Below, piece by piece: positions 18,371 to 27,048 of a stretch of 64,000 nt of DNA (position 1 is the first letter of the stretch; each line of letters starts with the position of its first letter). The notes under the pieces were generated by a model that did no database searches, had not been told where the DNA came from, and saw only the letters and a program-made list of their open reading frames with translations. A program made the position numbers and the translations under genes. The DNA comes from a virus, in the IMG/VR virus record IMGVR_UViG_3300023084_000003; one strand, 5' to 3'.

Positions 18371-18865
18371 TTATTTTTTCTCGTTTGCCTCTTCAATGAC
18401 CATTTTTTCGTACTCGGCACGATCTACAACACCTTCAGCAAGTAAACGTTCGCGGTTTGCCATATGCTGTGCTTGAACGTCTTCTTTAGATCCGCCAAAG
18501 TAAGCCACACAATGACCTTCTTCGATCATAATGTCAGTCACCAAACGACCATCCGCTGCACGGAAATCACCAAGGATACGACCAAACTTACCCTTCATAT
18601 CTTCGCCTGATTTATCTTCTGTGGTAATGAGTTTTGCGTCTTTTTCTAGCAGAGAATAGAGTCTATCCTTTGCTGCAAGACCAAAGAGTTTTTCTACTCT
18701 GTCTGAAGTTCTACTTTCAGGAGTGTCAATACCCATGATTCGAACTCTTTCGTCTTTAAGGCAGATACCGAAACCTAGATCAATGTCTACATCTACAGTA
18801 TCACCATCAACTACTTTAATGACGTGAACGTCGTATTCATTTTGCGTTGCCATGTGTTCCTCCAC
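18371..18865 (-). CDS. thermonuclease (SNase-like) family nuclease
   Basis: VVDGDT, RVRIMGIDTPE, GKFGRILG motifs. Confidence 0.9.
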   Translation of the reverse strand: MEEHMATQNEYDVHVIKVVDGDTVDVDIDLGFGICLKDERVRIMGIDTPESRTSDRVEKLFGLAAKDRLYSLLEKDAKLITTEDKSGEDMKGKFGRILGDFRAADGRLVTDIMIEEGHCVAYFGGSKEDVQAQHMANRERLLAEGVVDRAEYEKMVIEEANEKK

Positions 18866-18907
18866 CTGAGCGTTATTGTTATCATGGTAAAGAAATCACA
18901 ATAATAT

Positions 18908-20098
18908 TTATAGTTCTTTTAGTTGTGGATGCAGTTCATATATGTTTATGTTTCTTTTTAAATTCATAAACGAAGCAAACATGTGCATTCGACTGCGCCA
19001 ATTGTTATAATCTTCTATGGTCGGTATGATCGGATCGTTACTCATAAATTCTTCATTTTTAATAAACATGTGCCTATGCAAATTATCTGGCCATTTCTTA
19101 TAGTTATTTCGCCAATCTTCTAGTTCTTTAAAAGTTAGAATTCTTTGAGGTGCAGCGTATTTTGGTTCGTGAACCCATCCCATCTGTGTAAAGCTTACTT
19201 GAGTGTCGTTTACTCTTTGATTCCAGTAATCAAGCACTTCATTGTAGTTCCACATATTAAAAATATTTAAGCGATGATTGATATTAATCCATCCAGTAAT
19301 TCCAGATGATTTCCATCTTTCAATATTTTCTATTGTTTGCTCAAAAGGAGTAGATCTTACCCATTCGTATGTTTTACCAATACCATCCATTGAAACGGAT
19401 ATCTTTACTGGATTTGAAGCTTTAGATAGTAAGTCGATATATCGCTGTGGAACCTTTGACATGTTTGTTGTCATATCAATCAAGCACTTATCATTTACTT
19501 TTACGAGTTCTTCTAAGATGTAATAGTTGTTATTGTCAGCGAAAGGCTCACCGCCTTTTACAACGATCTGTTCTAAGTTAGGAAGTATAGGTAAGATCTT
19601 TTCAATGTCTGAATCCGACATTCTGTATAACGAAGCACCAAAGTCATTGAAGCCTGGTTCACCGGGATTCTTCCAGGATTCTAAGTCAAGTGACATTTCA
19701 GTTGCTTCCTGCTCTAACCCAATCCATTTAGAACTATAATAACTTGAACATGTCACGCAGGTTTGATTGCATAGATTTGAAGTTGTAAATTCTAGAAAGC
19801 GTATCGTCTTATCTGTTGGAATACTCGCTCTACGAGATTCACCTTTTACATTTGCGTGAAACCATGAATTCTTCATGCCAAGTTTAGCGTTGTTTAAACA
19901 GTATCCACAAACTTTACTCACCAAAGGCTCTTTATCTTGACGCAGAGATTCAAGATCTGAATGGTTGCCCCATAATTCAGCAATATTATCTACATTACTA
20001 ATATGGTTGAAAGACCAAGTTCTTTCTGCTGCACAGCATATAGAAAGATTACCGTCTGGTTGAATTGTTAGTGAATTGTGAGGAGCAGTACAATACAT
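18908..20098 (-). CDS. radical SAM protein with N-terminal SPASM/twitch-like domain (4th paralog)
   Basis: CNQTCVTC, KGGEPF, SMDG...WVRS; close to 11611..12810 and 9375..10451. Confidence 0.9.
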   Translation of the reverse strand: MYCTAPHNSLTIQPDGNLSICCAAERTWSFNHISNVDNIAELWGNHSDLESLRQDKEPLVSKVCGYCLNNAKLGMKNSWFHANVKGESRRASIPTDKTIRFLEFTTSNLCNQTCVTCSSYYSSKWIGLEQEATEMSLDLESWKNPGEPGFNDFGASLYRMSDSDIEKILPILPNLEQIVVKGGEPFADNNNYYILEELVKVNDKCLIDMTTNMSKVPQRYIDLLSKASNPVKISVSMDGIGKTYEWVRSTPFEQTIENIERWKSSGITGWININHRLNIFNMWNYNEVLDYWNQRVNDTQVSFTQMGWVHEPKYAAPQRILTFKELEDWRNNYKKWPDNLHRHMFIKNEEFMSNDPIIPTIEDYNNWRSRMHMFASFMNLKRNINIYELHPQLKEL

Positions 20099-20202
20099 AG
20101 TAACCTTTTATTATCCTTTGTTACATTGTCAAAACTTTGACACTTTTTAACATATGTCAAAATATGTTACATGTCAATTCTATATTTATGGAGTTTAGTT
20201 TG

Positions 20203-20210
20203 TATAAATA
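20203..20210 (+). promoter_or_regulatory. late promoter TATAAATA
   Basis: Exact consensus upstream of the secreted-protein cluster. Confidence 0.65.
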
Positions 20211-20256
20211 AGAATGAATAGAAGTGACTTCACATAATGAATTCTTGGAGGATACA

Positions 20257-20820
20257 ATGAGAATTTTAATATTACTTTGCGTGTTATTTCTTGGGTCTGC
20301 TGCAGCGGCTCAGGAAGCGCCTGAATGTCCGGAAGGCTACGTTTGTACTCAATCGGGCACAGACAGTACTATTAGGTCTGAAGGCAATATGACGACTACG
20401 ATCGTTCAACCGCCGCCGTCTGCAGTTTCACCACAATTTAGCGCCGGCAGTAACAGCGATCTGTGTACAATTGGTGTTGCCGCTGCGGTGCAAACTCAGA
20501 TATTAGGTATTTCTGGTGGCGCAACATTTACTGAAGAAAATTGTAAGCGATTGAAGAACGCTAAAGTATTGTATGATATGGGAATGAAAGTTGCGGCTGT
20601 ATCTGTAATGTGTCAAGATGAGAATGTTTTTGACGCGATGATGCAAGCTGGAACGCCTTGCCCTTATGACGGACAAATCGGCGATGCTGCAAAGCTTGGC
20701 TGGGAAACGCACAAAGAAAAAATAAGAGAGGAAACAGGTGGCGGAAATCTTAAAGAAAATGCTAAGAACGCAGCTCCTTTTGCTGGCCTTGGTATTTTGG
20801 CCTTCTTACTCTTCCTCTGA
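20257..20820 (+). CDS. secreted Cys-containing protein with a C-terminal membrane anchor
   Basis: GGAGG RBS before ATG 20257; signal peptide ending AAA-Q; hydrophobic C-terminus (track ORF starts at GTG 20224). Confidence 0.7.
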   Translation: MRILILLCVLFLGSAAAAQEAPECPEGYVCTQSGTDSTIRSEGNMTTTIVQPPPSAVSPQFSAGSNSDLCTIGVAAAVQTQILGISGGATFTEENCKRLKNAKVLYDMGMKVAAVSVMCQDENVFDAMMQAGTPCPYDGQIGDAAKLGWETHKEKIREETGGGNLKENAKNAAPFAGLGILAFLLFL

Positions 20821-21667
20821 GAGTATTAAGCCTTACTACGGAGCTACTCCGAACGCTGCTGCAAACGGACTTTCTTGGTCTATGGGCAATGTATTGCCGA
20901 CTCCTCCAGGATTAGATATTCAGAACGTGTTGTATAGTTATACCATTATTAAAGAAAACGGTGAAGCTGTTACAGTATACGTTCAAAACAAATTAGCTGG
21001 CTCAGATAATGAGTACATTTTTAGAGATCGCGAAGACTGGTCTCCTACATCGCCATCAGGACAAGAAGTGCGTAAAGTAATTCCTGTTGGTAACTTACAT
21101 AGAGATCTATGGGGTGATGGGGAGATAGATGTACAAGGAAACGGATCTGTGGAAAATCCTAGTGTGATTTATACATATCGTGTAGATCCATGTTATAATC
21201 CGCAGTTCGATCCTAACTGCCCCGGCTATGAGGTTCCATACGTAGAGCCTCCAGAAATTGATTACGAAATTTACGACGCTTATGCAGAAGGCGACGCTCA
21301 ACGTGATCAATACCGTTATGAAGATGATGATGAACTGCAAGAAGAGGAAGATGAAGAGAAAAGACTGGCAGAACTTGAAGACGAAGAACGTGAGAGGGAA
21401 GACCGTTTAGAAAAGGCAATGTTTGAAGCAAGCAGAGCAGAGCTTTTTGCATTGGCTTTTGCGAGAGGTCAAATGAAAGACTCAATTAATCTTAATATGA
21501 ACTCTTATTATGATGCAAACATTCCAGGTGGTACTTATAATGACTCGCTTGTTTTATTAGATACCAAACTTCCTGAAAACCAAAGTGGTTTACGCAATGG
21601 ACTTGCACAACAATTACTACACCAACAAATGGTTGATATGCAATATAATTTAAGTACAGGACAATAA
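20738..21667 (+). CDS. secreted protein with an acidic coiled-coil segment
   Basis: N-terminal hydrophobic signal; CYNPQFDPNC; EDDDELQEEEDEE run; ATG 20759 is a plausible start. Confidence 0.7.
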   Translation: MAEILKKMLRTQLLLLALVFWPSYSSSESIKPYYGATPNAAANGLSWSMGNVLPTPPGLDIQNVLYSYTIIKENGEAVTVYVQNKLAGSDNEYIFRDREDWSPTSPSGQEVRKVIPVGNLHRDLWGDGEIDVQGNGSVENPSVIYTYRVDPCYNPQFDPNCPGYEVPYVEPPEIDYEIYDAYAEGDAQRDQYRYEDDDELQEEEDEEKRLAELEDEEREREDRLEKAMFEASRAELFALAFARGQMKDSINLNMNSYYDANIPGGTYNDSLVLLDTKLPENQSGLRNGLAQQLLHQQMVDMQYNLSTGQ

Positions 21668-21678
21668 GGAGGACTTCA

Positions 21679-22188
21679 ATGTTCAAATCAACTATCATAG
21701 GTGCCACTATCGCTCTTATCGCTTCATGCGGAGTTGCGGTTGCTGCTGACACTCCTATAAACGGCTCAGTACAGTCGCGTTGTATTATTCAAACAGATAC
21801 ATCAGGTACTTATGCTAACCCCAATGCTTACACACTTACAACATCGTCAACTGATGGCGGCGAGAAAGCACGCATTCGTGTAGATATTTCTCTGGCAAAT
21901 GCTTATTATGTTGAGATTACAGCGCCTACGGAATTCTCATCTTCACCTAACCTCCCTGATGTGGTAAGCTGGACTGGAGATACTACAGTAGATGCTGTTT
22001 CAGATGCTACCAATATGGGTGATTATGAAACAAATAAAGTAGAACTTGGAATGATGGACCGTTACGACATGACAGCGACTGGATCAACGTGGTTTGTAAC
22101 CTCGTCGGTTGCTACTATGGGAGGCAATAAAGCATTTCCAGGCGGTAACTATACTGCTGTAGTGCAAGCGGAATGCATCGCTCAATAA
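21679..22188 (+). CDS. secreted fimbrial/pilin subunit-like protein
   Basis: Signal peptide AVA-A; N-terminal I-x-G-x-V-x-x-x-C and C-terminal G-x-Y-x-A strand reminiscent of chaperone-usher pilins. Confidence 0.5.
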   Translation: MFKSTIIGATIALIASCGVAVAADTPINGSVQSRCIIQTDTSGTYANPNAYTLTTSSTDGGEKARIRVDISLANAYYVEITAPTEFSSSPNLPDVVSWTGDTTVDAVSDATNMGDYETNKVELGMMDRYDMTATGSTWFVTSSVATMGGNKAFPGGNYTAVVQAECIAQ

Positions 22189-22204
22189 AAAAGGTTTATA
22201 CATC

Positions 22205-22594
22205 ATGAAGTATTTGTTTATGCTGGTTTTTCTCGTATTTACGAGTAAAGCTTATGCACATGAGATGGTACCTACCTATCCTGTGTTAAAGCAATCTTAT
22301 ATGGATGGGCTCCTCGTTACTACAATGACGATGTTTAATAAACGGCCGGAAGTAGATTATTATGAGATCGGCGTTTATGACGACAACTGGGAGCCCATTC
22401 GTTTTGTTTCCAATTATAAGATATGGAAAATTCCGTATTTAAGTACGGTATCTTTTGATATCTATATACGCTCTGATGATAAATATAAGGTTAGATATAT
22501 ATGCTCAAAATCTAAACTTCGTAAGAGCAACATGACAAGGACCGCAGTTTCATCTAGAATTTGTTCTAAAGTGAAAAAGCCGGGTGAAGAGTGA
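22205..22594 (+). CDS. secreted protein resembling a fimbrial chaperone N-domain
   Basis: Signal peptide AYA-H; short beta-rich body; follows the pilin-like gene. Confidence 0.4.
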   Translation: MKYLFMLVFLVFTSKAYAHEMVPTYPVLKQSYMDGLLVTTMTMFNKRPEVDYYEIGVYDDNWEPIRFVSNYKIWKIPYLSTVSFDIYIRSDDKYKVRYICSKSKLRKSNMTRTAVSSRICSKVKKPGEE

Positions 22595-23016
22595 TGAAAA
22601 GATATATAATATTAGCAGCTTTGCTTTTTAGCTCGCCAGGACTGGCAGATAATATTGGCCTACAGCTACCCAATATGGGGCAGGCTTATGGCCAAGATAG
22701 CATTCGCTCAGGTGAGATTGATTGTAAGAATTCAATCGGTGGTTCAACAAATCTTGAGTTTGGAGTAACCGGTATAATTGATAATTATAATAGCCCGTTT
22801 AGTGGTGGCAATAATATGGATACGAGTCGAGATATAGGTGTTTATGCTCGTATTATTATTCCACTAGATGGACCTAAAGAAAGAATTAATTGTAACGATT
22901 TGTATGAACTTGAATTGAGAAAGAAGAGACTTGAGGTCTTAAAGCTACAACAAGAACTTGAGCAACTTCGTCGTTTGAATGAGAATAGTGAGGGAGAAAT
23001 CTCATTTGAAAACTAA
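22591..23016 (+). CDS. secreted hypothetical protein
   Basis: Signal peptide; Cys pair; C-terminal coiled coil. Confidence 0.7.
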   Translation: MMKRYIILAALLFSSPGLADNIGLQLPNMGQAYGQDSIRSGEIDCKNSIGGSTNLEFGVTGIIDNYNSPFSGGNNMDTSRDIGVYARIIIPLDGPKERINCNDLYELELRKKRLEVLKLQQELEQLRRLNENSEGEISFEN

Positions 23017-23028
23017 ATAGGAGTTTCT

Positions 23029-23670
23029 ATGGCCGATAAAGACCTAGGGGATGGCCTTGAACAACTTGACGAAGAAGTAGAAAAGTTAAAGAATACCAAG
23101 TTTAAGTTATTTGGTATTTCTATGACACCAACTACTATTGGTGCAGCTTTTGCCTTGCTTGGGGCAATCGGCGGATCCTTATATGGATCCTTTGAAGTCT
23201 ATAAAGACTATATGGACATGAAAGAAATTGTTCAAAATATTGATGTTGACTCAATAACAACACGCAATAATGAAATTGAAGTATCGGTCGAGAATGCAAA
23301 GGCTGAACTGATAATTCAAATAGCTTCCATCCAAAAACAAATAGACGACTTAGAAAAACGCACACGAGAAAATAAAGTTGATACGAGAGATCAAATAAAC
23401 ACTATGGACTCGCAAGTTCGCCGTGTCGAAAAGCTCGTGCGTGATACTGAATCAGACGTAAGACAAATAATTCAAAATGCTGAGGAGCGTTTTGATAATA
23501 AAAGGGATGCGCTACAGAATCAGTATGATACAAAAGCTTCTCAATTAAGAGAATCTAGTGACACTCGGATGACTGATTTAGAAAACAAAGTTGAACGAGA
23601 CATGCGTAATCTAGAAACAGAACTCATGAATAAACTACAAAAGGCCTTAGACAACCCACTAGCAAACTAG
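23029..23670 (+). CDS. single-TM coiled-coil protein
   Basis: One hydrophobic helix followed by a long heptad-rich region; AGGAG RBS. Confidence 0.7.
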   Translation: MADKDLGDGLEQLDEEVEKLKNTKFKLFGISMTPTTIGAAFALLGAIGGSLYGSFEVYKDYMDMKEIVQNIDVDSITTRNNEIEVSVENAKAELIIQIASIQKQIDDLEKRTRENKVDTRDQINTMDSQVRRVEKLVRDTESDVRQIIQNAEERFDNKRDALQNQYDTKASQLRESSDTRMTDLENKVERDMRNLETELMNKLQKALDNPLAN

Positions 23671-23679
23671 GAGTGATAC

Positions 23680-23847
23680 ATGATCGGACCAAAACGTACT
23701 TGTAAAAATTGCGGACATAAGTGTCACTGTTATCAACCGGATTGCGATGATTGTCATAACGACGTTTGCATTAAATGCGATTGCAAAACACCAGACGAAA
23801 AACAAACAAATACGGATGCACGATCATGGGATGGCTATTTAAAGTAG
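23680..23847 (+). CDS. 55-aa Cys/His-rich protein, metallothionein-like
   Basis: Manual translation MIGPKRTCKNCGHKCHCYQPDCDDCHNDVCIKCDCK...; 9 Cys; AGGAG RBS; not in the ORF track. Confidence 0.65.
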   Translation: MIGPKRTCKNCGHKCHCYQPDCDDCHNDVCIKCDCKTPDEKQTNTDARSWDGYLK

Positions 23848-24077
23848 AGAAAGAAGACGACGATGCAGAACTTGCCAAACGGTTGGAATTTGATATTAAA
23901 ATTCGAGACATCCGCAGAAGAATTGAAAAGCTCAGGGAGAATTTTCATACCCCACGACGAGTACGAGTGGAAGAGCCACATGAAGTGGATGAACAGGCAC
24001 AAAAAAATAGACAACAACGCGACAAAGATAATGAAATTAATGAGATCAAGGCAAAACTCTTAGGGAGGAAAAAATGA
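23826..24077 (+). CDS. hypothetical charged protein
   Basis: Track ORF 23775..24077; ATG 23826 (MGWLFK) more plausible. Confidence 0.55.
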   Translation: MGWLFKVEKEDDDAELAKRLEFDIKIRDIRRRIEKLRENFHTPRRVRVEEPHEVDEQAQKNRQQRDKDNEINEIKAKLLGRKK

Positions 24078-24784
24078 TTTGTAACAAAATGGCTAGGCTA
24101 GCTGAATTGGCTTACTTAGATGGTAAAGAAGCTAAGAGCAAAATGAAAGCTCTCGGTTACACCGGACACAAGTTCTTTGAGAACGATGGAGCTCAGTGTC
24201 ACGCGGTATGGAATAAAGAAGAATATGTTCTTGCATTTCGTGGTACAGAACCAACCGAGATCTCAGATGTTCTTGCAGATCTAAATGCTATTCCACGTGG
24301 AGCAATGACACATGGTTTAGTTCATTCAGGTTTTAGAGGTGAATGTGATAAAATATGGGATGAGATTGTAGCACATCACGGTAAAGGACACCAAGATAAA
24401 AAGCTTTGGATCACAGGGCACTCTCTTGGCGCTGCTATGGCTACTATTGCAACTTCAAGATTCGAAGAAACTCAGAAGGTTGAGCAACTTACAACGTTTG
24501 GCTCACCTAGAGTTGGTACTCGTAGTTTTGTGAAACATATTGAAACAAAACATATGCGGTTTGTTAACAATAACGATATCGTCACAAAGGTTCCACTTAT
24601 GCTGATGGGTTACAAACACCACGGCGAATTAAAGTATATTAACTTTTATGGTAATGTCCGCAAAATGACTCCTTGGCAGATGCTCAAGGATCGTTGGCGC
24701 GGTTGGAAATCAGGTTTACTAGATGGTGCAAAAGATCATGGTATGGATAACTATGTTCGTTGCACTGATAAATTGGAGTACTAA
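24074..24784 (+). CDS. lipase class 3 (alpha/beta hydrolase)
   Basis: AFRGT, VHSGF, ITGHSLG nucleophile elbow, TFGSPRVG, NDIVTKVP, DHGM. Confidence 0.9.
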   Translation: MICNKMARLAELAYLDGKEAKSKMKALGYTGHKFFENDGAQCHAVWNKEEYVLAFRGTEPTEISDVLADLNAIPRGAMTHGLVHSGFRGECDKIWDEIVAHHGKGHQDKKLWITGHSLGAAMATIATSRFEETQKVEQLTTFGSPRVGTRSFVKHIETKHMRFVNNNDIVTKVPLMLMGYKHHGELKYINFYGNVRKMTPWQMLKDRWRGWKSGLLDGAKDHGMDNYVRCTDKLEY

Positions 24785-24787
24785 ACT

Positions 24788-25099
24788 ATGTGGGAAATGA
24801 TAACAAGAATGTTCGGCGATACGCTATGGATTTATACGGCTATCGCTGGCTCTTTGGTTGGTGCAGCATTTTTAGCATGGTTTCGTAATACACACGCAGC
24901 ACTTTATTTGATGGGAAAATTTGATGGTTTCTTAGATTATTTGGTCGATAGATTCGGTTGGGATTGGCTGCAAGATGATCCCGAAGCATGGCGTAAACGT
25001 TATCCAAAGGTCACGAAAAAAATCGACGATCTGGAGCTTCGTATAAAAAATCTAGAAGCTCAAGCTAAAACTAAAGTCATTAGACAAAAGGAGAAATAG
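24788..25099 (+). CDS. membrane-anchored hypothetical protein
   Basis: N-terminal TM helix and C-terminal coiled coil. Confidence 0.7.
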   Translation: MWEMITRMFGDTLWIYTAIAGSLVGAAFLAWFRNTHAALYLMGKFDGFLDYLVDRFGWDWLQDDPEAWRKRYPKVTKKIDDLELRIKNLEAQAKTKVIRQKEK

Positions 25100-25100
25100 G

Positions 25101-25166
25101 ATGTCTTGTAACAATCCTAATTGCAAATGTGGTCCTACGTGTGACTGTCAGGATTGCAATTGCTAA
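25101..25166 (+). CDS. 21-aa metallothionein-like peptide
   Basis: MSCNNPNCKCGPTCDCQDCNC*; 7 Cys; AGGAG upstream; not in the ORF track. Confidence 0.6.
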   Translation: MSCNNPNCKCGPTCDCQDCNC

Positions 25167-25381
25167 ACGTCTACTTAGAATTTATCATAGATCAAACTTT
25201 ACACAACATTTCAACATACGACAAAGCTTTAGGGACTAATCTTGCTAGAGATTATAAAAGATTTGTATGGTGGAATATGAGAGAACTTCAGAAACCTATG
25301 CTGAATTCTCTATTCAAAAACGGTAGAGTGTGGCGTCTATTAATGGACAAACACTTATCCCTATAGTAAAAGGAGACTAAT

Positions 25382-25534
25382 ATGAACTGGTTAATGTCAA
25401 GACTAAAAGAGCGTACTTCATGGGATGGAGCAGCTCTTATCGGTGTTGGCCTAGTAGGCTTGCTTATGCCACTAGACCTCGTATCTTACGCGGCGATCGC
25501 GTGGGGTGTTATTACGCTACTAAAGTCTGAGTAG
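25382..25534 (+). CDS. 50-aa two-TM membrane protein, possibly holin-like
   Basis: Manual translation MNWLMSRLKERTSWDGAALIGVGLVGLL...; AGGAG RBS. Confidence 0.7.
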   Translation: MNWLMSRLKERTSWDGAALIGVGLVGLLMPLDLVSYAAIAWGVITLLKSE

Positions 25535-25802
25535 CATAGTACTTTTTATATAGCTCGGCGATCTTATCAAGCTCAGGATGGTTGTGAATCCACTGACCGG
25601 TGGATGGATCAAATTCTTTCTTGAAAAAATCGTCGAGCTTTTTATTGCCGGTATCAAGTTGAGGATCTATAGCAAGACAAAGCTTATCGAACTCTCCATC
25701 AGAAATAACTGATTCGTTCTCTTTCTCATATGCATACGCGTATATACAGAGTTTAATACGATTACGTATTTCTTTCTCCGCTACAGATCCCCAGCTCATC
25801 AC
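25512..25802 (-). CDS. stand-alone protein resembling NAD-dependent DNA ligase subdomain Ia
   Basis: AYAYE..NESVISDGEFDKL resembles the YY-x4-P-x-ISD-x-EYD-x-L signature. Confidence 0.55.
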   Translation of the reverse strand: MMSWGSVAEKEIRNRIKLCIYAYAYEKENESVISDGEFDKLCLAIDPQLDTGNKKLDDFFKKEFDPSTGQWIHNHPELDKIAELYKKYYATQTLVA

Positions 25803-25939
25803 CCTCGCCCTTGTCCTCTATATTTCTTCATACTTGCTTTTTTACTTTTATTCATAGAAGATAACTTAAGGTTTCGTTTACCAATCGAAGTCTTCTTATA
25901 ACTTTTTTGCTTTACAGCAACACCTACTGTTTTTGCCAT
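25799..25939 (-). CDS. 46-aa basic protein ending KYRGQGRG
   Basis: Manual translation; AGGAG RBS; the YRGQG ending is typical of a small conserved marine T4-like ORF. Confidence 0.7.
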   Translation of the reverse strand: MAKTVGVAVKQKSYKKTSIGKRNLKLSSMNKSKKASMKKYRGQGRG

Positions 25940-25942
25940 ACT

Positions 25943-26767
25943 TTACTCCTCAATTTTAAATAAATTACCAAATGTTTGGCCAGTATTTTTAGGACAACAC
26001 CAATCGTAATCAAATAGCTGATCTAACGTTGCGTGTTCTCCCTTTAAGTTCCACCAGTTACGAACATACTCAAAAGAAACTTGAGCAACTCTTGCTAGCT
26101 TAGCATCTGAGTGATCGTGAACTGTAGTTGGAAATCTTTCTACATTGTGATTAAACAATGGATGAATATGAGTAATACCCAAGCCATATATGATATTCTC
26201 GATGGTTGGTTTCATTCTCACGGTTTTCTCTTTATCAAGTCTTAGAAGCAAAGGCATCCTAAAACGAATATGATTATCATCTAGAAAATAATAATCTACA
26301 ATTTTCTTAGCATAGCCACGCTTAATAATATAACATTGTAAGCCATGATCCCATCCAACTCTATGCCGTGGAGCCATCACTGCCCACCCTTCGTGCATTA
26401 CACAAAGCTGCAAAGCATCCCATAGAACACCATGTTTTTTTACATAGTCTTCCCATACGAATGGCCATTGGTCTATTTGATTGAAAAGGCAGTCATCCTC
26501 AAAGATAGCAACCATATCTTCATCTGTTTCTTCATACCATTTTTTGATTGTAAGTAGATGAGATGATGTCGCACCAAAAGGTAAGATTTGGCACTCAGGT
26601 GTGCCAGTGATCTTGAGATTAGAATCTTCTAATCGAGGATAAGAACATATTCTATAGTTGGTTATTCCTAGCTTCTCAAATTCACCAATCATATATTCTC
26701 GGCGGTCTTTACTCTCTTCAAGATTGACCACCCAACAGCTGGGAAACCCCTTCAATTTTGGATGCAT
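25943..26767 (-). CDS. glycosyltransferase family 25-like
   Basis: VVNLEES-x-DRR, GATSSH, AIFEDD. Confidence 0.8.
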   Translation of the reverse strand: MHPKLKGFPSCWVVNLEESKDRREYMIGEFEKLGITNYRICSYPRLEDSNLKITGTPECQILPFGATSSHLLTIKKWYEETDEDMVAIFEDDCLFNQIDQWPFVWEDYVKKHGVLWDALQLCVMHEGWAVMAPRHRVGWDHGLQCYIIKRGYAKKIVDYYFLDDNHIRFRMPLLLRLDKEKTVRMKPTIENIIYGLGITHIHPLFNHNVERFPTTVHDHSDAKLARVAQVSFEYVRNWWNLKGEHATLDQLFDYDWCCPKNTGQTFGNLFKIEE

Positions 26768-26991
26768 TATTTAATTCCGTTGTTATACTCACTAACTAGT
26801 TCTTGTACACTATCAATTGCCATATCTAATTGAATATCGGTAATTGGCGGCAATTCTTTCTTGTACATTGCAATGATGACTTCGTCTTCAATCTTATCGC
26901 GATTTACTTTACCATTTTTAATAGGCAAATGAAAACCATTTTGCATAATGTCAATCGCGAGTTCGCATGATATCATTACATCTTTGTCCAT
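26767..26991 (-). CDS. hypothetical protein
   Basis: Start placed at ATG 26991 (track ORF starts at 27045, within a promoter-like region). Confidence 0.55.
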   Translation of the reverse strand: MDKDVMISCELAIDIMQNGFHLPIKNGKVNRDKIEDEVIIAMYKKELPPITDIQLDMAIDSVQELVSEYNNGIK

Positions 26992-27048
26992 ACTTTTTCT
27001 CCGTGTATATATCTGTAAATATATTACATAATGAAGAAATGTCAACCC

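Noticed and set aside
20119-20178. Pho box upstream of the secreted cluster
   Set aside because: Half-site spacing is 10 bp rather than the 11 bp PhoB requires; kept only as an unassigned repeat.
25154-25366. 70-aa TTG-start ORF after the mini-metallothionein
   Set aside because: It overlaps the 21-aa ORF and has no clear RBS; it may be real with a different start but I cannot support it.
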